From the NCBI GenBank assembly GCA_964016885.1, contig CAXHJY010000148.1:1-38719 (forward strand): a DNA stretch of 38,719 nucleotides. The letters are read 5' to 3'. Position 1 is the stretch's first letter. Each line of letters begins with the position of its first letter. The stretch comes from Eledone cirrhosa (taxonomy: Eukaryota). The notes beneath the pieces are model-generated. The model made no database searches, was not told where the DNA came from, and was given only the letters and a program-made list of their open reading frames with translations. Made by a program: the position numbers and the translations under genes. Positions 12,074 to 26,949 of this stretch are shown piece by piece.

Positions 12074-12602
12074 TGATATAGATTAGTGTGACATAGATTA
12101 GTGTGACATAGATTGGTGTGACATAGTTTAGTGTGATATAGATTGGTGTGACATAGTTTAGTGTGACATAGATTGGTGTGACATAGTTTAGTGTGACATA
12201 ATTTAGTGTGACATAGATTGGTGTGACATAGATTGGTGTGACATAGATTGGTGTGACATAGGTTAGTGTGACATAGATTGGTGTGACAGTTTAGTGTGAC
12301 ATAGATTGGTGTGACATAGTTTAGTGTGACATAGTTTAGTGTGACATATATTGGTGTGACATAGTTTAGTGTGACATAGATTGGTGTGACATAGATTGGT
12401 GTGACATAGATTAGTGTGACATAGATTGGTGAGACATAGTTTAGTGTGACATAGTTTAGTGTGACATAGTTTAGTGTGACTTAGATTGGTGTGACTTAGA
12501 TTGGTGTGACATAGTTTAGTGTGACATAGTTTAGTGTGACCTGGATTGGTGTAGCATAGATTGGTGTGGCATGGATTGGTGTGACATGGACTAGAATGAC
12601 AT
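12074..12602. repeat. 15-bp minisatellite
   Basis: Unit gtgacatagattggt / gtgacatagtttagt, about 35 copies. Confidence 0.95.
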
Positions 12603-12784
12603 ACTCACATATATATATATGTGTGTATATATATATATATATGTGTGTGTGTGTATATATATATATGTGTGTGTGCGTGTGTATGTATATATATATATAT
12701 ATGTGTGTGTATGTGTTTATATAAATATATTGGATAGAGGAAGAATCGACTCCATTACTTCCCTGGTACCATTATTCATCGCTT

Positions 12785-12996
12785 GATTGGAAGAATCGGT
12801 AGAGATTCGGACTACATGTTTCGTGGCATAGTTATGTCCCTTTTCATTCTGAGTTCAAATCCCACGGAGGTTAACTTTGCCTTTCATCCCAACGGAGTCG
12901 ATGAAATAAAGTACCAGTAATACACTGCGGTCGATTTAATCGACTTTCCCCAGCCCCCAAAACTGCTGGCCTTGTTCCTAAAGTAGAAACAATTAT
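12785..12996 (+). mobile_element. tRNA-derived SINE, family 1
   Basis: Colinear with 3927-4118, including the B-box gagttcaaatcc and the 3' ctggccttgttcctaaagtagaaac. Confidence 0.85.
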
Positions 12997-13584
12997 TTAT
13001 CGTCTTCGAGAAAAATAAAAGTGGAAGTTGAGCTCCGTGTTATTCTAACTCAAAGTGAAATACGTATAGAGGAAGTGACGCTGTGTAGCAATCTCTCCGC
13101 CATTGCTACTAACCTCTAATTCATCACCTCCACCATGTTGTAAATTCTTCAAATATTCTCGTTTTATTACTCCCAAGGGTTCCATCAACCCGATACTACT
13201 GTATACAATATCAAATCTATTACTTTAATAACTATTAAATCTTGCTTTCCCTTTATTAGATTAAAAGCTTCCGATAAAACGCATTGAATTTCTCGGTGTA
13301 TTCATTTAAAACATTAATTAAAAATGCACACACTAACTACTGATGCTCAGGCAATTTGATGAGGGTACATTTGCATGAAAAAGCTCTCGTAATTACAAAC
13401 AGTTGCTATCATGCTACCACTTATCTCTCCCTTAAGCCCTCTATACTTGTTTATATTTATCTCCTATCTTCCTCTTTACAGTTGCTATATTTTAATCTGC
13501 TTTTTAATTTAATTCAATCTCTAGTTTATTCCCTTCTCTATGTCACCTACATTTCTGTAACTCTATCGGCCTGTATCTGTATCT

Positions 13585-14446
13585 ACGACTGTATGTGTGT
13601 ATACCACTGTGTATGTCTGTATATATCGTTGTGTGTGTGTCTCTGTGTGTATGTTGCTGTGTGAGCGTGTGTGTGTGTGTGTGTGTGTATATACCACTGT
13701 GTCTCTGTATTTATCACTGTGTATGTCTGTATATATCGTTGTGTGTGTGTCTCTGTGTGTATGTTGCTGTGTGAGCGTGTGTGTGTGTGTGTATACCACT
13801 GTCTCTGTATTTATCACTGTGTATGTCTGTATATATCGTTGTGTGTGTGTCTCTCTGTGTGTGTTGCTGTGTGGGCGTATGTCTGTATGTGTGTGTGTGT
13901 GTGTGTGTGTATACCACTGTGTCTCTGTATTTACCAATGTGTATGTCTGTATATATCATTGTGTGTGTGCCTCTCTGTGTATGTTGCTGTGTGGGCGTAT
14001 GTCTGTGTGTGTGTGTGTGTGTGTGTATACCACTGTGTCTGTATTTATCACTGTGTATGTCTGTATATATCATTGTGTGTGTGTCTCTCTGTGTATGTTG
14101 CTGTGTGGGCGTATGTGTGTGTGTGTGTGTGTGTGTGTGTATACCACTGTGTCTCTGTATTTACCACTGTGTATGCCTGTATATATCGTTGTGTGTGTGT
14201 CTCTCTGTGTGTGTTGCTGGGTGGGCGTATGTCTGTGTGTGTGTGTATACCACTGTGTCTCTGTATTTACCACTGTGTATGTCTGTATATATCGTTGTGT
14301 GTGTGTCTCTCTGTGTGTGTTGCTGGGTGGGCGTATGTCTGTGTGTGTGTGTGTGTGTGTATACCACTGTGTCTCTGTATTTACCACTGTGTATGTCTGT
14401 ATATATCATTGTGTGTGTGTCTCTCTCTGTATGTTGCTGTGTGGGC

Positions 14447-14488
<42 letters not shown>

Positions 14489-14570
14489 CACTGTGTCTCT
14501 GTATTTACCACTGTGTATGTCTGTATATATCGTTGTGTGTGTGTCTCTTTGTGTGTGTTGCTGGGTGGGC

Positions 14571-14604
<34 letters not shown>

Positions 14605-15965
14605 ATACCACTGTGTCTCTGTATTTACCACTGTGTATGTCTGTATATATCACTGTGCGTCTCTTTGTGTGTGTTGCTGTGTGGGCGTATGTATGTGTGT
14701 GTGTGTGTGTGTGTATATATACCACTGTGTCTCTGTATTTACCACTGTGTATGTCTGTATATATCGTTGTGTGTGTGTCTCTTTGTGTGTGTTGCTGTGT
14801 GGGCGTGTGTGTGTGTGTGTGTGTGCGTATACCACTGTGTCTCTGTATTTACCACTGTGTATGTCTGTATATATCACTGTGCGTCTCTTTGTGTGTGTTG
14901 CTGTGTGGGCGTATGTATGTGTGTGTGTGTGTGTGTATCACTGTGTGTGTATGCGTGTGTATATGTATATACCATTGCGTGTGTGTCTGTGTATATCACT
15001 GTGTGTGTCTCCGTAGATACCACTGAGTGTGTGCGTCTCTCTCTGTATATCACTGTGTGTGTGTGTGTGTGTGTATCTGTGCGTGTGTGTATAACACTGT
15101 GTGTGTGTCACTGTCACTGTGTGTGTATATGACTGTGTTACTGTGCCACTGTGTGTATATTACTGTGTTACTATGTCTGTGTATGTCAGTGTGTGTGTGT
15201 GTAACCGTACCTGTGTGCGCGTGTATCTGTGTGTATCTGTGTGTGTATGTGTGTGCGTTGCTGTGTGTGTCTGTGTGAGTTGTTGTGGAGATGTGTGTGT
15301 AGCTCTGAATGTATGTATGTGTTTATATCTATATACTAAGAGTGTGTGCATATATATATATGTGTGTGTGTGTTTGTGTGTGTCTGTCTCTGTGTTTGCG
15401 TGTGTTTGTGTGTCTGTGTGTTTGTCTGTATATTTGTGTGTCTGTCTGTGTGTCTGTATTTGTCTGTGTATCTGTCTGTGTGTCTGAGTGTCTGTCTGTA
15501 TGTCTGTGTATCTGTGTGTCTGTGTGTGTGTCTGTGTGTTTGTCTGTATGTCTGTCTGTGTGTCTGTCTGTGTGTATGTGTCTGTATGTCTGTGTATCTG
15601 TGTGTCTGTGTGTGTGTCTGTCTGTGTATCTGTGTATCTGTGTGTGTGTGTGTCTGCCTGTATGTCTGTGTGTCTGTGTGTCTGTGTGTGTGTCTGTGTG
15701 TCTGTATGTCTGCCTGTATGTTTGTGTGTCTGTCTGTGTATCTGTGTGTCTGTGTGTGTGTCTCTGTGTATATGTGTATCTGTGTGTGTGTGTATGTCTG
15801 CCTGTATGTCTGTGTGTCTGTGTGTCTGTCTGTGTGTCTGTGTGTATGTCTGTATGTCTGTGTGTCTGTCTGTGTGTCTGTGTGTGTGTCTGTGTGTCTG
15901 TATGTCTGCCTGTATGTCTGTGTGTCTGTCTGTGTTACTGTGTGTGTGTCTGTGTGTATGTGTGT
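13585..15965. repeat. About 120-bp (TG)-rich compound tandem repeat grading into simple TG/TC repeats
   Basis: Recurrent ataccactgtgtctctgtatttaccactgtgtatgtctgtatatatcgttg...gttgctgtgtgggcgtat with variable (TG)n. Confidence 0.92.
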
Positions 15966-16120
15966 TTATGTTCCTTGTAATTTTAATGTAAATCTCGGGA
16001 AGAATGTGTATGTCACAGTTTGACAGTGGCAGCTCTTTGAATCATAGTATAAGTAGGCTGAGTATTCCGTAGATACTTAGACTTTTTACATAACTTTGTG
16101 TATAGTATAACGTTTATTAT

Positions 16121-17026
16121 GCGGCAAATTGGCAGAGATCTTAATACGTCAGATAGAATGGCAGAGACGTTAGAACGTCAGATAGAATGGCAGAGACGTT
16201 AGAACGTCAGATAGAATGGTACAGACGTTAGAACGTCAGATAGAATGGCAGATACGTTAGAATGGCAGATACGTTAGAATAGCAGAGACGTTAGAATGGC
16301 AGAGATGTTAGAACGTCAGATAGAATGGTAGAGACGTTAGAACGTCAGATAGAATGGTAGTCATTAGAACGTCAGATAGAATGGTAGAGTCGTTAGAACG
16401 TCAGATAGAATGGCAGAGACGTTAGAACGTCAGATAGAATGGTGAAACGTTAGAACGTCAGATAGAATGGTAGAGACGTTAGAACGTCAGATAGAATGGC
16501 AGAGACGTTAGAACGTCAGATAGAATGGCAGAGACGTTAGAACGTCAGATAGAATGGCAGAGACGTTAGAACGTCAGATAGAATGGTACAGACGTTAGAA
16601 CGTCAGATAGAATGGTAGAGACGTTAGAACGTCAGATAGAATGGTACAGACGTTAGAACGTCAGATAGAATGGCAGAGACGGTAGAATGGCAGAGACGGT
16701 AGAACGTCAGATAGAATGGTAGAGACGTTAGAACGTCAGATAGAATGGTAGAGTCGTTAGAGCGTCAGATAGAATGGTAGAGTCGTTAGAACGTCAGATA
16801 GATTGGTAGAGACGTTTGAACGTCAGATAGTATGGTAGACGTTAGAACGTCAGATAGAATGGCAGAGACGTTAGAATGACAGAGACGTTAAAATGGCAGA
16901 GACGTTAGAGCGTCAGATAGAATGGTAGAGACGTTAGAACGTCAAATAGAATACTTTATGGTATTCGTTCAAGTTCCCTGATCTCAGAGTTCAAAACCCG
17001 CCGAGATCAACTTTGCTTTTCATTTA
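16121..17026 (+). mobile_element. SINE family 1 head interrupted by a 29-bp minisatellite
   Basis: Starts gcggcaaattggcagag, followed by about 28 units of ggcagagacgttagaacgtcagatagaat, then resumes as SINE: gagttcaaaacccgccgagatcaactttgcttttcat. Confidence 0.75.
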
Positions 17027-17103
17027 CAAAAATAAGTCGCTCAAATTTATTTATAGATTGTAGAGACAGGTGTAGTGAATGTTAGACGCAGTTTTCTGTA
17101 TTT

Positions 17104-17658
17104 GTCATCACCCCTTCCCTTCCTCAGTGATCACGAGTATGTGACGTCATCACCCCGTCCTTTCTCAGTGATCTCTAGTGCGTGACGCCATCACTCCTTC
17201 CTTCCTCAGTCATCTCTAGTGTGTGACGCCATCACCCCTTCTTCAATCATATCTCGTACTGAGACGTCATCACCCCTTCCTTCCTCAGTCATCTCTAGTG
17301 CGTGACGCCATCACCCCTTCCTTCTTCAATCATATCTCGTACGCGACGTCATCACCCCTTCCTTCCTCAGTCATCTCTAGTGCGTGACGCCATCACTCCT
17401 TCCTTCCTCAGTCATCTCTAGTGTGTGACGCCATCACCCCTTCTTCAATCATATCTCGTACGTGATGTCATCACCCCTTCCTTCCTCAGTCATCTCTAGT
17501 GCGTGACGCCATCACCCCTTCCTTCTTCAGTCATATCTCGTGCGTGACGTCATCACCTCTTCCTTCCTCAGTCATCTCTAGTGCGTGACGCCATCACACC
17601 TTCTTCAGTCATATCTAGTGCGTGATGTCATCACCCCTTCCTTCCTCAGTCATCTCTA
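17104..17658. repeat. 41-bp minisatellite (with shorter variants)
   Basis: Unit gtgacg(c/t)catcaccccttccttcctcagtcatctctagtgc; unit starts at 17141, 17182 and 17223. Confidence 0.92.
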
Positions 17659-18198
17659 ATATGTACCGGACGGACGTCACTTAAATTTATATCGAGATTT
17701 TCTGAACTATACATATATGTCTACTATACACAATTGTATGAACCCCACTCTCATGTGTACTGCATGACCTTTAGTTAAATATTGTATGCTCACCTTAATG
17801 TATTTTCACTATTAACTGTTTTAATAGTTGACTTTGGCGATTCCATTCTTCTTTGGAACAATGTAATGTTTCTCTTCCTCGGTTCCATGGAACTTTCATT
17901 ACCATTGTCTAAACTTTTATTTTAATTGTATTATAATAACCCCAAACAAGAGTCTTTATTGTATAGTAGCCATTGTCTAAACTAGAGAGGAACTTTATGG
18001 CATGGTTAGGGTAGCAACTTCTGTGGTGCAGGTTGGGAGTATTTCGTTGTAAATATAGTAAATAGGGGTAAATATGGAATATGGCGTCGGTGTGGGGTGA
18101 AGCGGCGTAGGAATTGACGAAACACACAAATACGCAAACATACTCACAGGCACCCATGTATATGTATGTATATATATATGTATATATATATATAATAC

Positions 18199-18229
<31 letters not shown>

Positions 18230-18259
18230 ACAGAAAGGGTGTGGTAAGATACAAGCTGA

Positions 18260-18359
<100 letters not shown>

Positions 18360-18798
18360 GTGTGTGTATTTGGTTGAATATATAAATGTCATATATGTAA
18401 TGATTATATTTTATTCGATGCATTGTATTTGAGAGAGAGAGAGAGGGATAAGGATGGAGGAGGGGGAGGGGGGGGCAGAGAGTGAAGGAAAGAATAGGTA
18501 AGAGAGAAAGGAGAAAGTGATAGACAAAATGACAGTCAACCAGACAGACAGAGAGACAACAGTGTGTGTGTGTATTCATAAATGTGTGTATTTATAGTAA
18601 CGGAAAAGGCCAGTTACCACATGTGTATTTGTATGTATGTATGTATGTATGTGTGTATTAAAACGCAACGACCTGAGAAAACAGTTTCAGATAATCTCTC
18701 AGTCGTGTTTTTAAGACCGAACTTGCCTCAAATGGGACAAACCTGTCTAACCCATGCTAGCGTGGAAGGTAGTCGTTAAACGACGATGATGATAATGA

Positions 18799-18844
<46 letters not shown>

Positions 18845-18845
<1 letters not shown>

Positions 18846-19062
18846 AAGGCGTGTGGCTGAGGGGTTAGAGAATTGGATTCACAATCTTGGGGTTGTGAGT
18901 TTGATTCCTGGACCGGGCGATGCGTTATGTCCTTGAGCAAGACACTTTATTTCAAGTTGCTCCTTCTACCTGGAGTTGCGACCGATAGACAGTACTAGCA
19001 ACTGGAAAGACCGGCGGAAACACTGTTTCCTCGGTCCGATTTGACGAAAGTCGATCGATAGA
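18845..19062 (+). mobile_element. tRNA-derived SINE, family 2
   Basis: ggcgtgtggctgaggggttagag...gagtttgattcc tRNA-like head; matches the inverted copy at 3285-3501. Confidence 0.8.
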
Positions 19063-19065
19063 GAA

Positions 19066-19096
<31 letters not shown>

Positions 19097-19108
19097 TATA
19101 TACATATA

Positions 19109-19154
<46 letters not shown>

Positions 19155-19160
19155 TATATA

Positions 19161-19223
19161 GGAAAATGTTTGACCCCGACGGCAGAGCTCAAGCCGTTTC
19201 GACGGCGATTTCTGGACTAAATT
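19161..19223 (-). mobile_element. Solo short arm of family A next to (TA)n
   Basis: ggaaaatgtttgaccccgacggcagagctcaagccgtttcgacggcgatttctggactaaa matches 5103-5163. Confidence 0.8.
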
Positions 19224-19233
19224 CGAATTAAAA

Positions 19234-19312
19234 ATTTGAACTCAGAACGTAAATGGCCGTAACTCTATGCTATGAAAAATGGTGTCTGACGCTCTACCGA
19301 TTACTGGCAATC
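19234..19312 (-). mobile_element. SINE family 1 head fragment
   Basis: tttgaactcagaacgtaaatggccgtaactcta...gacgctctaccgattactggcaatc matches the 8890-8968 copy. Confidence 0.7.
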
Positions 19313-19601
19313 GATCATAAAGCTACAGAAGCTATTATCTTTTATTTCTTGAGAATCGGTAAAACATGAATATATATACTGGCCGGCCAATATATATTGA
19401 ACACCCTAAGAGAAATATAACTATATGTACGCTTTTGAGAAGATTGTGAACAATAAATCTATGTTAGCTTAAAGTTAAGCAGCTTCAACGCAGATTTTTT
19501 TTCTAGTATGAGACATTTTTCTTGTTAAATTCAAGCGATAAACTGATATTATATGGTGTCGTTTGCTTTTTACATATATACATATCTTTATGTGTGTATA
19601 T

Positions 19602-19634
<33 letters not shown>

Positions 19635-19775
19635 CAGTGTTGTGACTGACGAGACGACTTATAATGGGAGTACTTGATGCACGGGGAGATGTAGAGTAGG
19701 TATAGAGATATGTAAAGTCCAGACCACGGCGCCAAGTTGTAACCGGATTTTACATCTCTCTCATTCACTTTCTCT

Positions 19776-19817
<42 letters not shown>

Positions 19818-19822
19818 TCATG

Positions 19823-19857
<35 letters not shown>

Positions 19858-19862
19858 TCATG

Positions 19863-19898
<36 letters not shown>

Positions 19899-19899
<1 letters not shown>

Positions 19900-20332
19900 G
19901 ATATTAACAAATGGAAACTATATTTATAAAACCATATCTATTTTATTATACATATTTCAAGGATACCATGTTAAATTATGGTATGCTTTCATCAGACAAA
20001 ATACAATAAATACCAGTTTTATAAATAAATATTGACATACCCTTACAAAATGCAACCGTTACTTTTGGAAGACATCAGGATGGTCTATCCCGATGTCTAT
20101 GCCGATGTCAATATTTATTTATAAAACTGGTATTTATTGTATTTTGTCTGATGAAAGCATACCATAATTTAACATGGTATCCTTGAAATATGTATAATAA
20201 AATAGATATGGTTTTATAAATATAGTTTCCATTTGTTAATATCGTATATTTACTCCAAATACTTGTCAAGTGCTTTATATCAGTTATAAAAAATATTTGC
20301 TTGTTGTATCCCAACAATTTAAATAAAACTTT

Positions 20333-20335
<3 letters not shown>
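19899..20335 (+). mobile_element. Fold-back insertion, family B (Penelope-like end with hammerhead)
   Basis: 140-bp inverted arms 19899-20038 and 20105-20244, 66-bp spacer, 91-bp unpaired tail, (TA)n on both sides. Confidence 0.85.
20140..20204 (+). ncRNA. Type I hammerhead ribozyme motif (mirror copy on the minus strand at 19939-20003)
   Basis: Stem I tattttgt/ataaaata, CUGAUGA at 20148, stem II aagcataccat/atggtatcctt, GAAA-U-augu-A-UA; predicted cleavage after 20196. Confidence 0.85.
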
Positions 20336-20380
<45 letters not shown>

Positions 20381-20383
<3 letters not shown>

Positions 20384-20575
20384 AAAAGTATGACCCCGAC
20401 GACAGAGCTCAAGCCGTTTCGACGGCTATTTCTGGACAGAAATAGCCGTCGAAACGGCTTGAGCTCTGCCGTCGGGGTCATACTACTTTTTTCCTATTTC
20501 CCACTCTACTACCCTAAGTATTGTATACTCTGGTGCGTTATGGTCCATCTGGTTCCTTACCACAATTCCTTTGTT
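20381..20575 (+). mobile_element. Fold-back insertion, family A
   Basis: Arms meet at tttctg-ga-cagaaa (20435-20436); same tail as 5227-5305; TA flanks. Confidence 0.8.
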
Positions 20576-20576
20576 A

Positions 20577-20822
20577 TATAAACGTTTGAAGTTAGAAGGC
20601 CAGACCAATGCCGGTATGGATATAGAATATAAATACAAATGCAAAAGATATCGCTGACAATTAGTCTTTTTGACTAATTGTCATTTATAATTGTCATTAT
20701 ATTGTCATTTATAATTGTCATTAATATTCTATATCCATAACTGCATTGTTCTGGCCTTCTGGCCTTCTAACTCCAAACGTTTATACCTCACTACGCAATG
20801 CTTCAAGAAAACTACCATTTCC
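20577..20822. mobile_element. Fold-back insertion, unassigned family
   Basis: Imperfect arms aaacgtttgaagttagaaggccag...ggatatagaatat and atattctatatcc...ctggccttctaactccaaacgttt; central hairpin tgacaattagtc-ttttt-gactaattgtca; short tail before (GT)n. Confidence 0.6.
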
Positions 20823-20834
20823 GTGTGCGCGCGC

Positions 20835-20874
<40 letters not shown>

Positions 20875-21053
20875 TTCCATTGATTATTTCGCAGTAGTGA
20901 TGAAATGGGGGAATATAAGAGAAAGCGAGAAAATCAAGAATAAAAAGAATTTAATTTACTTTAATTGAATTCTTTGTTTAAATATTAATTCAAGCATGGC
21001 CATTAGAACTGGGTGTCTATTAAAGGATTAGACACACACATTAGCCATATCAA

Positions 21054-21093
<40 letters not shown>

Positions 21094-21140
21094 CACAGAC
21101 ACACACATTAGCCATATCAACTACACACACACACACACAA

Positions 21141-21174
<34 letters not shown>

Positions 21175-21354
21175 CACAGACACACACATTAGCCATATCA
21201 ACTCCACACACACTCTCAAACATATATATATATATCACACACATATACACACACAAACATATATATATATCACACACATATACACACACTTACATATATC
21301 ACACACACAAATATATATATATATATCATACAAGCACACATATGTAAATACATT

Positions 21355-24197
<2,843 letters not shown>

Positions 24198-24789
24198 TTA
24201 AACAAAGATATAGAGAGACGGAGAGAGGTGCAATGATAGAGATTTAGAGAATGAGAGTGTAAGAAAATAAGAGAGTATTTTCTACTGTGATATCCGATGA
24301 AATTCTCCATGTTTCGATGAAAGGAAATGAAGAATTCCACAGAACCGGATATGGTAAATCTAATAGATTACATTACAAAACTTTAATTCGTTAAATATTT
24401 CCACTGCTGTCGTTATTTTGGTTCAAAAACTATTTTGTATCATTTTACGTTTTCTATTTGAAGTCTGTTGAAATAAACTGCGATCTATCCAAGTGGAAAT
24501 TACTGCAGATTACTAGTGGTTCATTGGAAATTATTTCTTGAAGTTTCGCATATTATTATATATTAGAATGTTTCTTGAAATGTGCTCCAAGCTAAAAACA
24601 TTCTCTCTGATTGCTATCTTCAAAATGGAGACTTTATTTTGCTGATGGTTGCTGATTTTGCTAGACATAGCAGCCTATTCTCTCTCAGTTCATGTACGAA
24701 GCTATCTGTAAGTCTCCTCAGACCTATATCTGTAAACTAAATCATCTTCTTTTTCTTTTTCTTTTCCTTCTTCTTCTCCTCCCCGGGTA

Positions 24790-25113
24790 ACCAGATTCCT
24801 AAAGCACTCCTCCCAGTAAGTCCTGTCAGCCAAGCTCAAGGGTGTTATTCAACCATCTTACTCGCGGTTTGCCCCTGGGTTTCCTGCCGGTTGGTTTTTG
24901 TCCGTAAAATCTCTTCAGCGATTCTTTCCTAAGACATTCTAACTACAATCCCATATTATCGGAGCTGTGATCTCTCAATTCAAAGGAGTAGCGGCTCTAC
25001 CTGCAGTGACTCTCTGATCCCTGAGCTTCGCACACTATCAAGTAACATTACTCCAAAGACCCTTTGGAGGAAACCCCATTTCGGCCACTTGTATGCACGA
25101 TCATATTCGGTCA
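24790..25113 (-). mobile_element. RTE-clade LINE 3' remnant
   Basis: Minus-strand translation with stops and frameshifts: IQVAEMG/FLQRVFGVMLLDSVRSSGIRESLQVEPLLL*IERSQLR*YGIVVRMS*ERI../KPTGRKPRGKPRVRWL, a typical RTE ORF C-terminus. Confidence 0.85.
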
Positions 25114-25149
25114 ATACCCCAGACTATTGTATGATTTGAGTACTACAAA

Positions 25150-26100
25150 AGAGGCACCTTAAATTTCCATATCAACAGTGACATAGACCGCCTCCACTTG
25201 AAACGTAAGCAGGGTGGCAGAGGCCTGACATCAGTCCAGACAGCATTTGAGTGTCACCTCATATCCCTCCGACAATAGTTACGAACCTCAAAGCGTAGGA
25301 GCCAAACTATTGAGCAAGTCTATCTGCATGAGACAGATAAGATCATGAGAGTTTTGAAGGAACTCCTTGAAAGATATTCCCTGCATGATAATCAAAAATG
25401 CACACCCAGGGAAATTGCCCAGCAGTACCGCAGCAAATTCATGGATAAAAAACTGGATGCTTATCAACAAAAAATGATGCATGGATATGTTGCCAGGAAG
25501 CTCCAGAGTGAGAGTAATATAGATAAAGAAAGTAGTCTATCTTGGACCAACAACTGCTATATTGGCTCCCACTTTGAAGGATACGCTTTTGCAGTCCAAG
25601 AACAGGAAATCAACACAAAATACCTGATTCACAAAAGATATAGGGATGCAGGCAAAAAACTTAAATGTGACAAGTGTAGACTGCAGAATTAACACCGAAG
25701 ATGTCATCTATGACATAAGCAGCTGTCCAAAGATGTCATCACGGTACTATCTACCTATGAAACATGACGTAGTGGTCAAAACACTGTACAATGAAAAGGA
25801 TTGTCTTGAGGATAAAAATATAAAACTTCGCAATGATATGGAAGCCATATATGTACATAATATGAAAGAGTACTGGTGGAATGTTCCAATAAAAAACCCA
25901 ATAAAATGCAGGCATAACAGACCAGATATAATAACATGGGACAGGGAAAAGAAGGCATGCACAGTAATGGAAGTTAGCTGCCCAGCAGATGCCAATATAA
26001 TATTAAAGAAAGGAGAATATGTATGCTGAAATAATGAAAAATCTGCAGATACTCTACCCCGATTATACCTTCAGATATATACCTGTGATTATTGGAGCAC
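25150..26100 (+). mobile_element. R4/Dong-like non-LTR retrotransposon remnant (post-RT region, zinc knuckle, restriction-like endonuclease)
   Basis: DIDRLHLKRKQGGRGL, MHGY, EGYAFAVQEQEINTK, decayed CRL..EDV..ISSC knuckle, KHD, HNRPDII.WD..C.VMEVSCP, PVIIGAL; stops and frameshifts present. Confidence 0.85.
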
Positions 26101-26685
26101 TCAACAACCAGGACTGAGGTCAACGTTGAGCGCGCCAGGCAGATGGTGCGTAGCGATCGTCGGCTGACTGTTCGACTGATGGTAAATGAGCTGGGCATGA
26201 ATCGGGACAGCGTCTGGAAGATTCTCACTGAAGATTTGAACATGCGGAAGATGGTGCCAAAAGATTTGAACATGCGGAAGATGGTGCCAAAAGATTTGAA
26301 CATGCACGAAGATGGTGCCAAAACTGCTGAATGGTGACCAGAAGGGTCGACGCATGCAAGTGCGCCAGGACATCCTCGAGCGTCTTGAAACCGAACCAGA
26401 CTTACTAGGGACAGTCATCACCGGTGATGAGTCATGGATCTTCGAGTACGACCCGGAGGGAACCCGTTTTGAAGACGTGGACGACATCAAAAAGGCCGTG
26501 ACGACGGAACTGCGGAGGATCCCGGACGAAACCTTCCAGGAGTGCATGCAAGCGTGGCAGAAAAGGATGGAAAAGTGCATTAGACTCCAGGGGAATTACT
26601 TTGAAGGAGAACACTCTTAGTGTGATGTTTGGGTTGAAATAAATCTTTTGTGACATCAGTCCTGGAACTTTTCTAACACACCTCG
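26101..26685 (+). mobile_element. 5'-truncated second copy of the deleted mariner family
   Basis: Near-identical to about 1676-2211, with the same YDPE|GTRF deletion junction; right end ...aacacacctcg-TA; internal 30-bp triplication at 26231-26321. Confidence 0.93.
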
Positions 26686-26712
26686 TATATGCATATATAT
26701 ATAGAGAGAGGG

Positions 26713-26906
26713 GTAGTAACGCAACAGTTAGTTCACCGTACAGAGAACAATTGTTTCACCTTATGCGGATCTTCAGCTCTGAAGATCCGCATAAGGTGAA
26801 ACAATTGTTCTCGGTATATTGAACTAACTGTTGTTACTACTTCTACCAAACTCGTCCCATGGACTGAGTGCTCTATCACTACTGATATTACTTTCCAATG
26901 TTCTAC

Positions 26907-26910
<4 letters not shown>
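26713..26910. mobile_element. Fold-back insertion, family D
   Basis: Arms about 26713-26776 and 26779-26840 around a 2-nt spacer, then a tail of about 70 bp ending at (TA)n. Confidence 0.75.
26741..26781 (-). ncRNA. Minimal type I hammerhead motif
   Basis: cagag-CUGAAGA-uccgcauaaggu-GAAAC-AAUU-GUU-cucug: 5-bp stem I, palindromic loop 3, weak stem II. Confidence 0.55.

Positions 26911-26946
<36 letters not shown>

Positions 26947-26949
<3 letters not shown>

Noticed and set aside
18845-18910. tRNA-like sequence (also at 3437-3501 and 3927-4020)
   Set aside because: A/B boxes are present, but I could not fold a full cloverleaf and each continues into a shared repeat body, so these are SINE heads.
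19703-19760. Weak inverted repeat (gtaaagtcc / ggattttac)
   Set aside because: Too short and mismatched to distinguish from chance.
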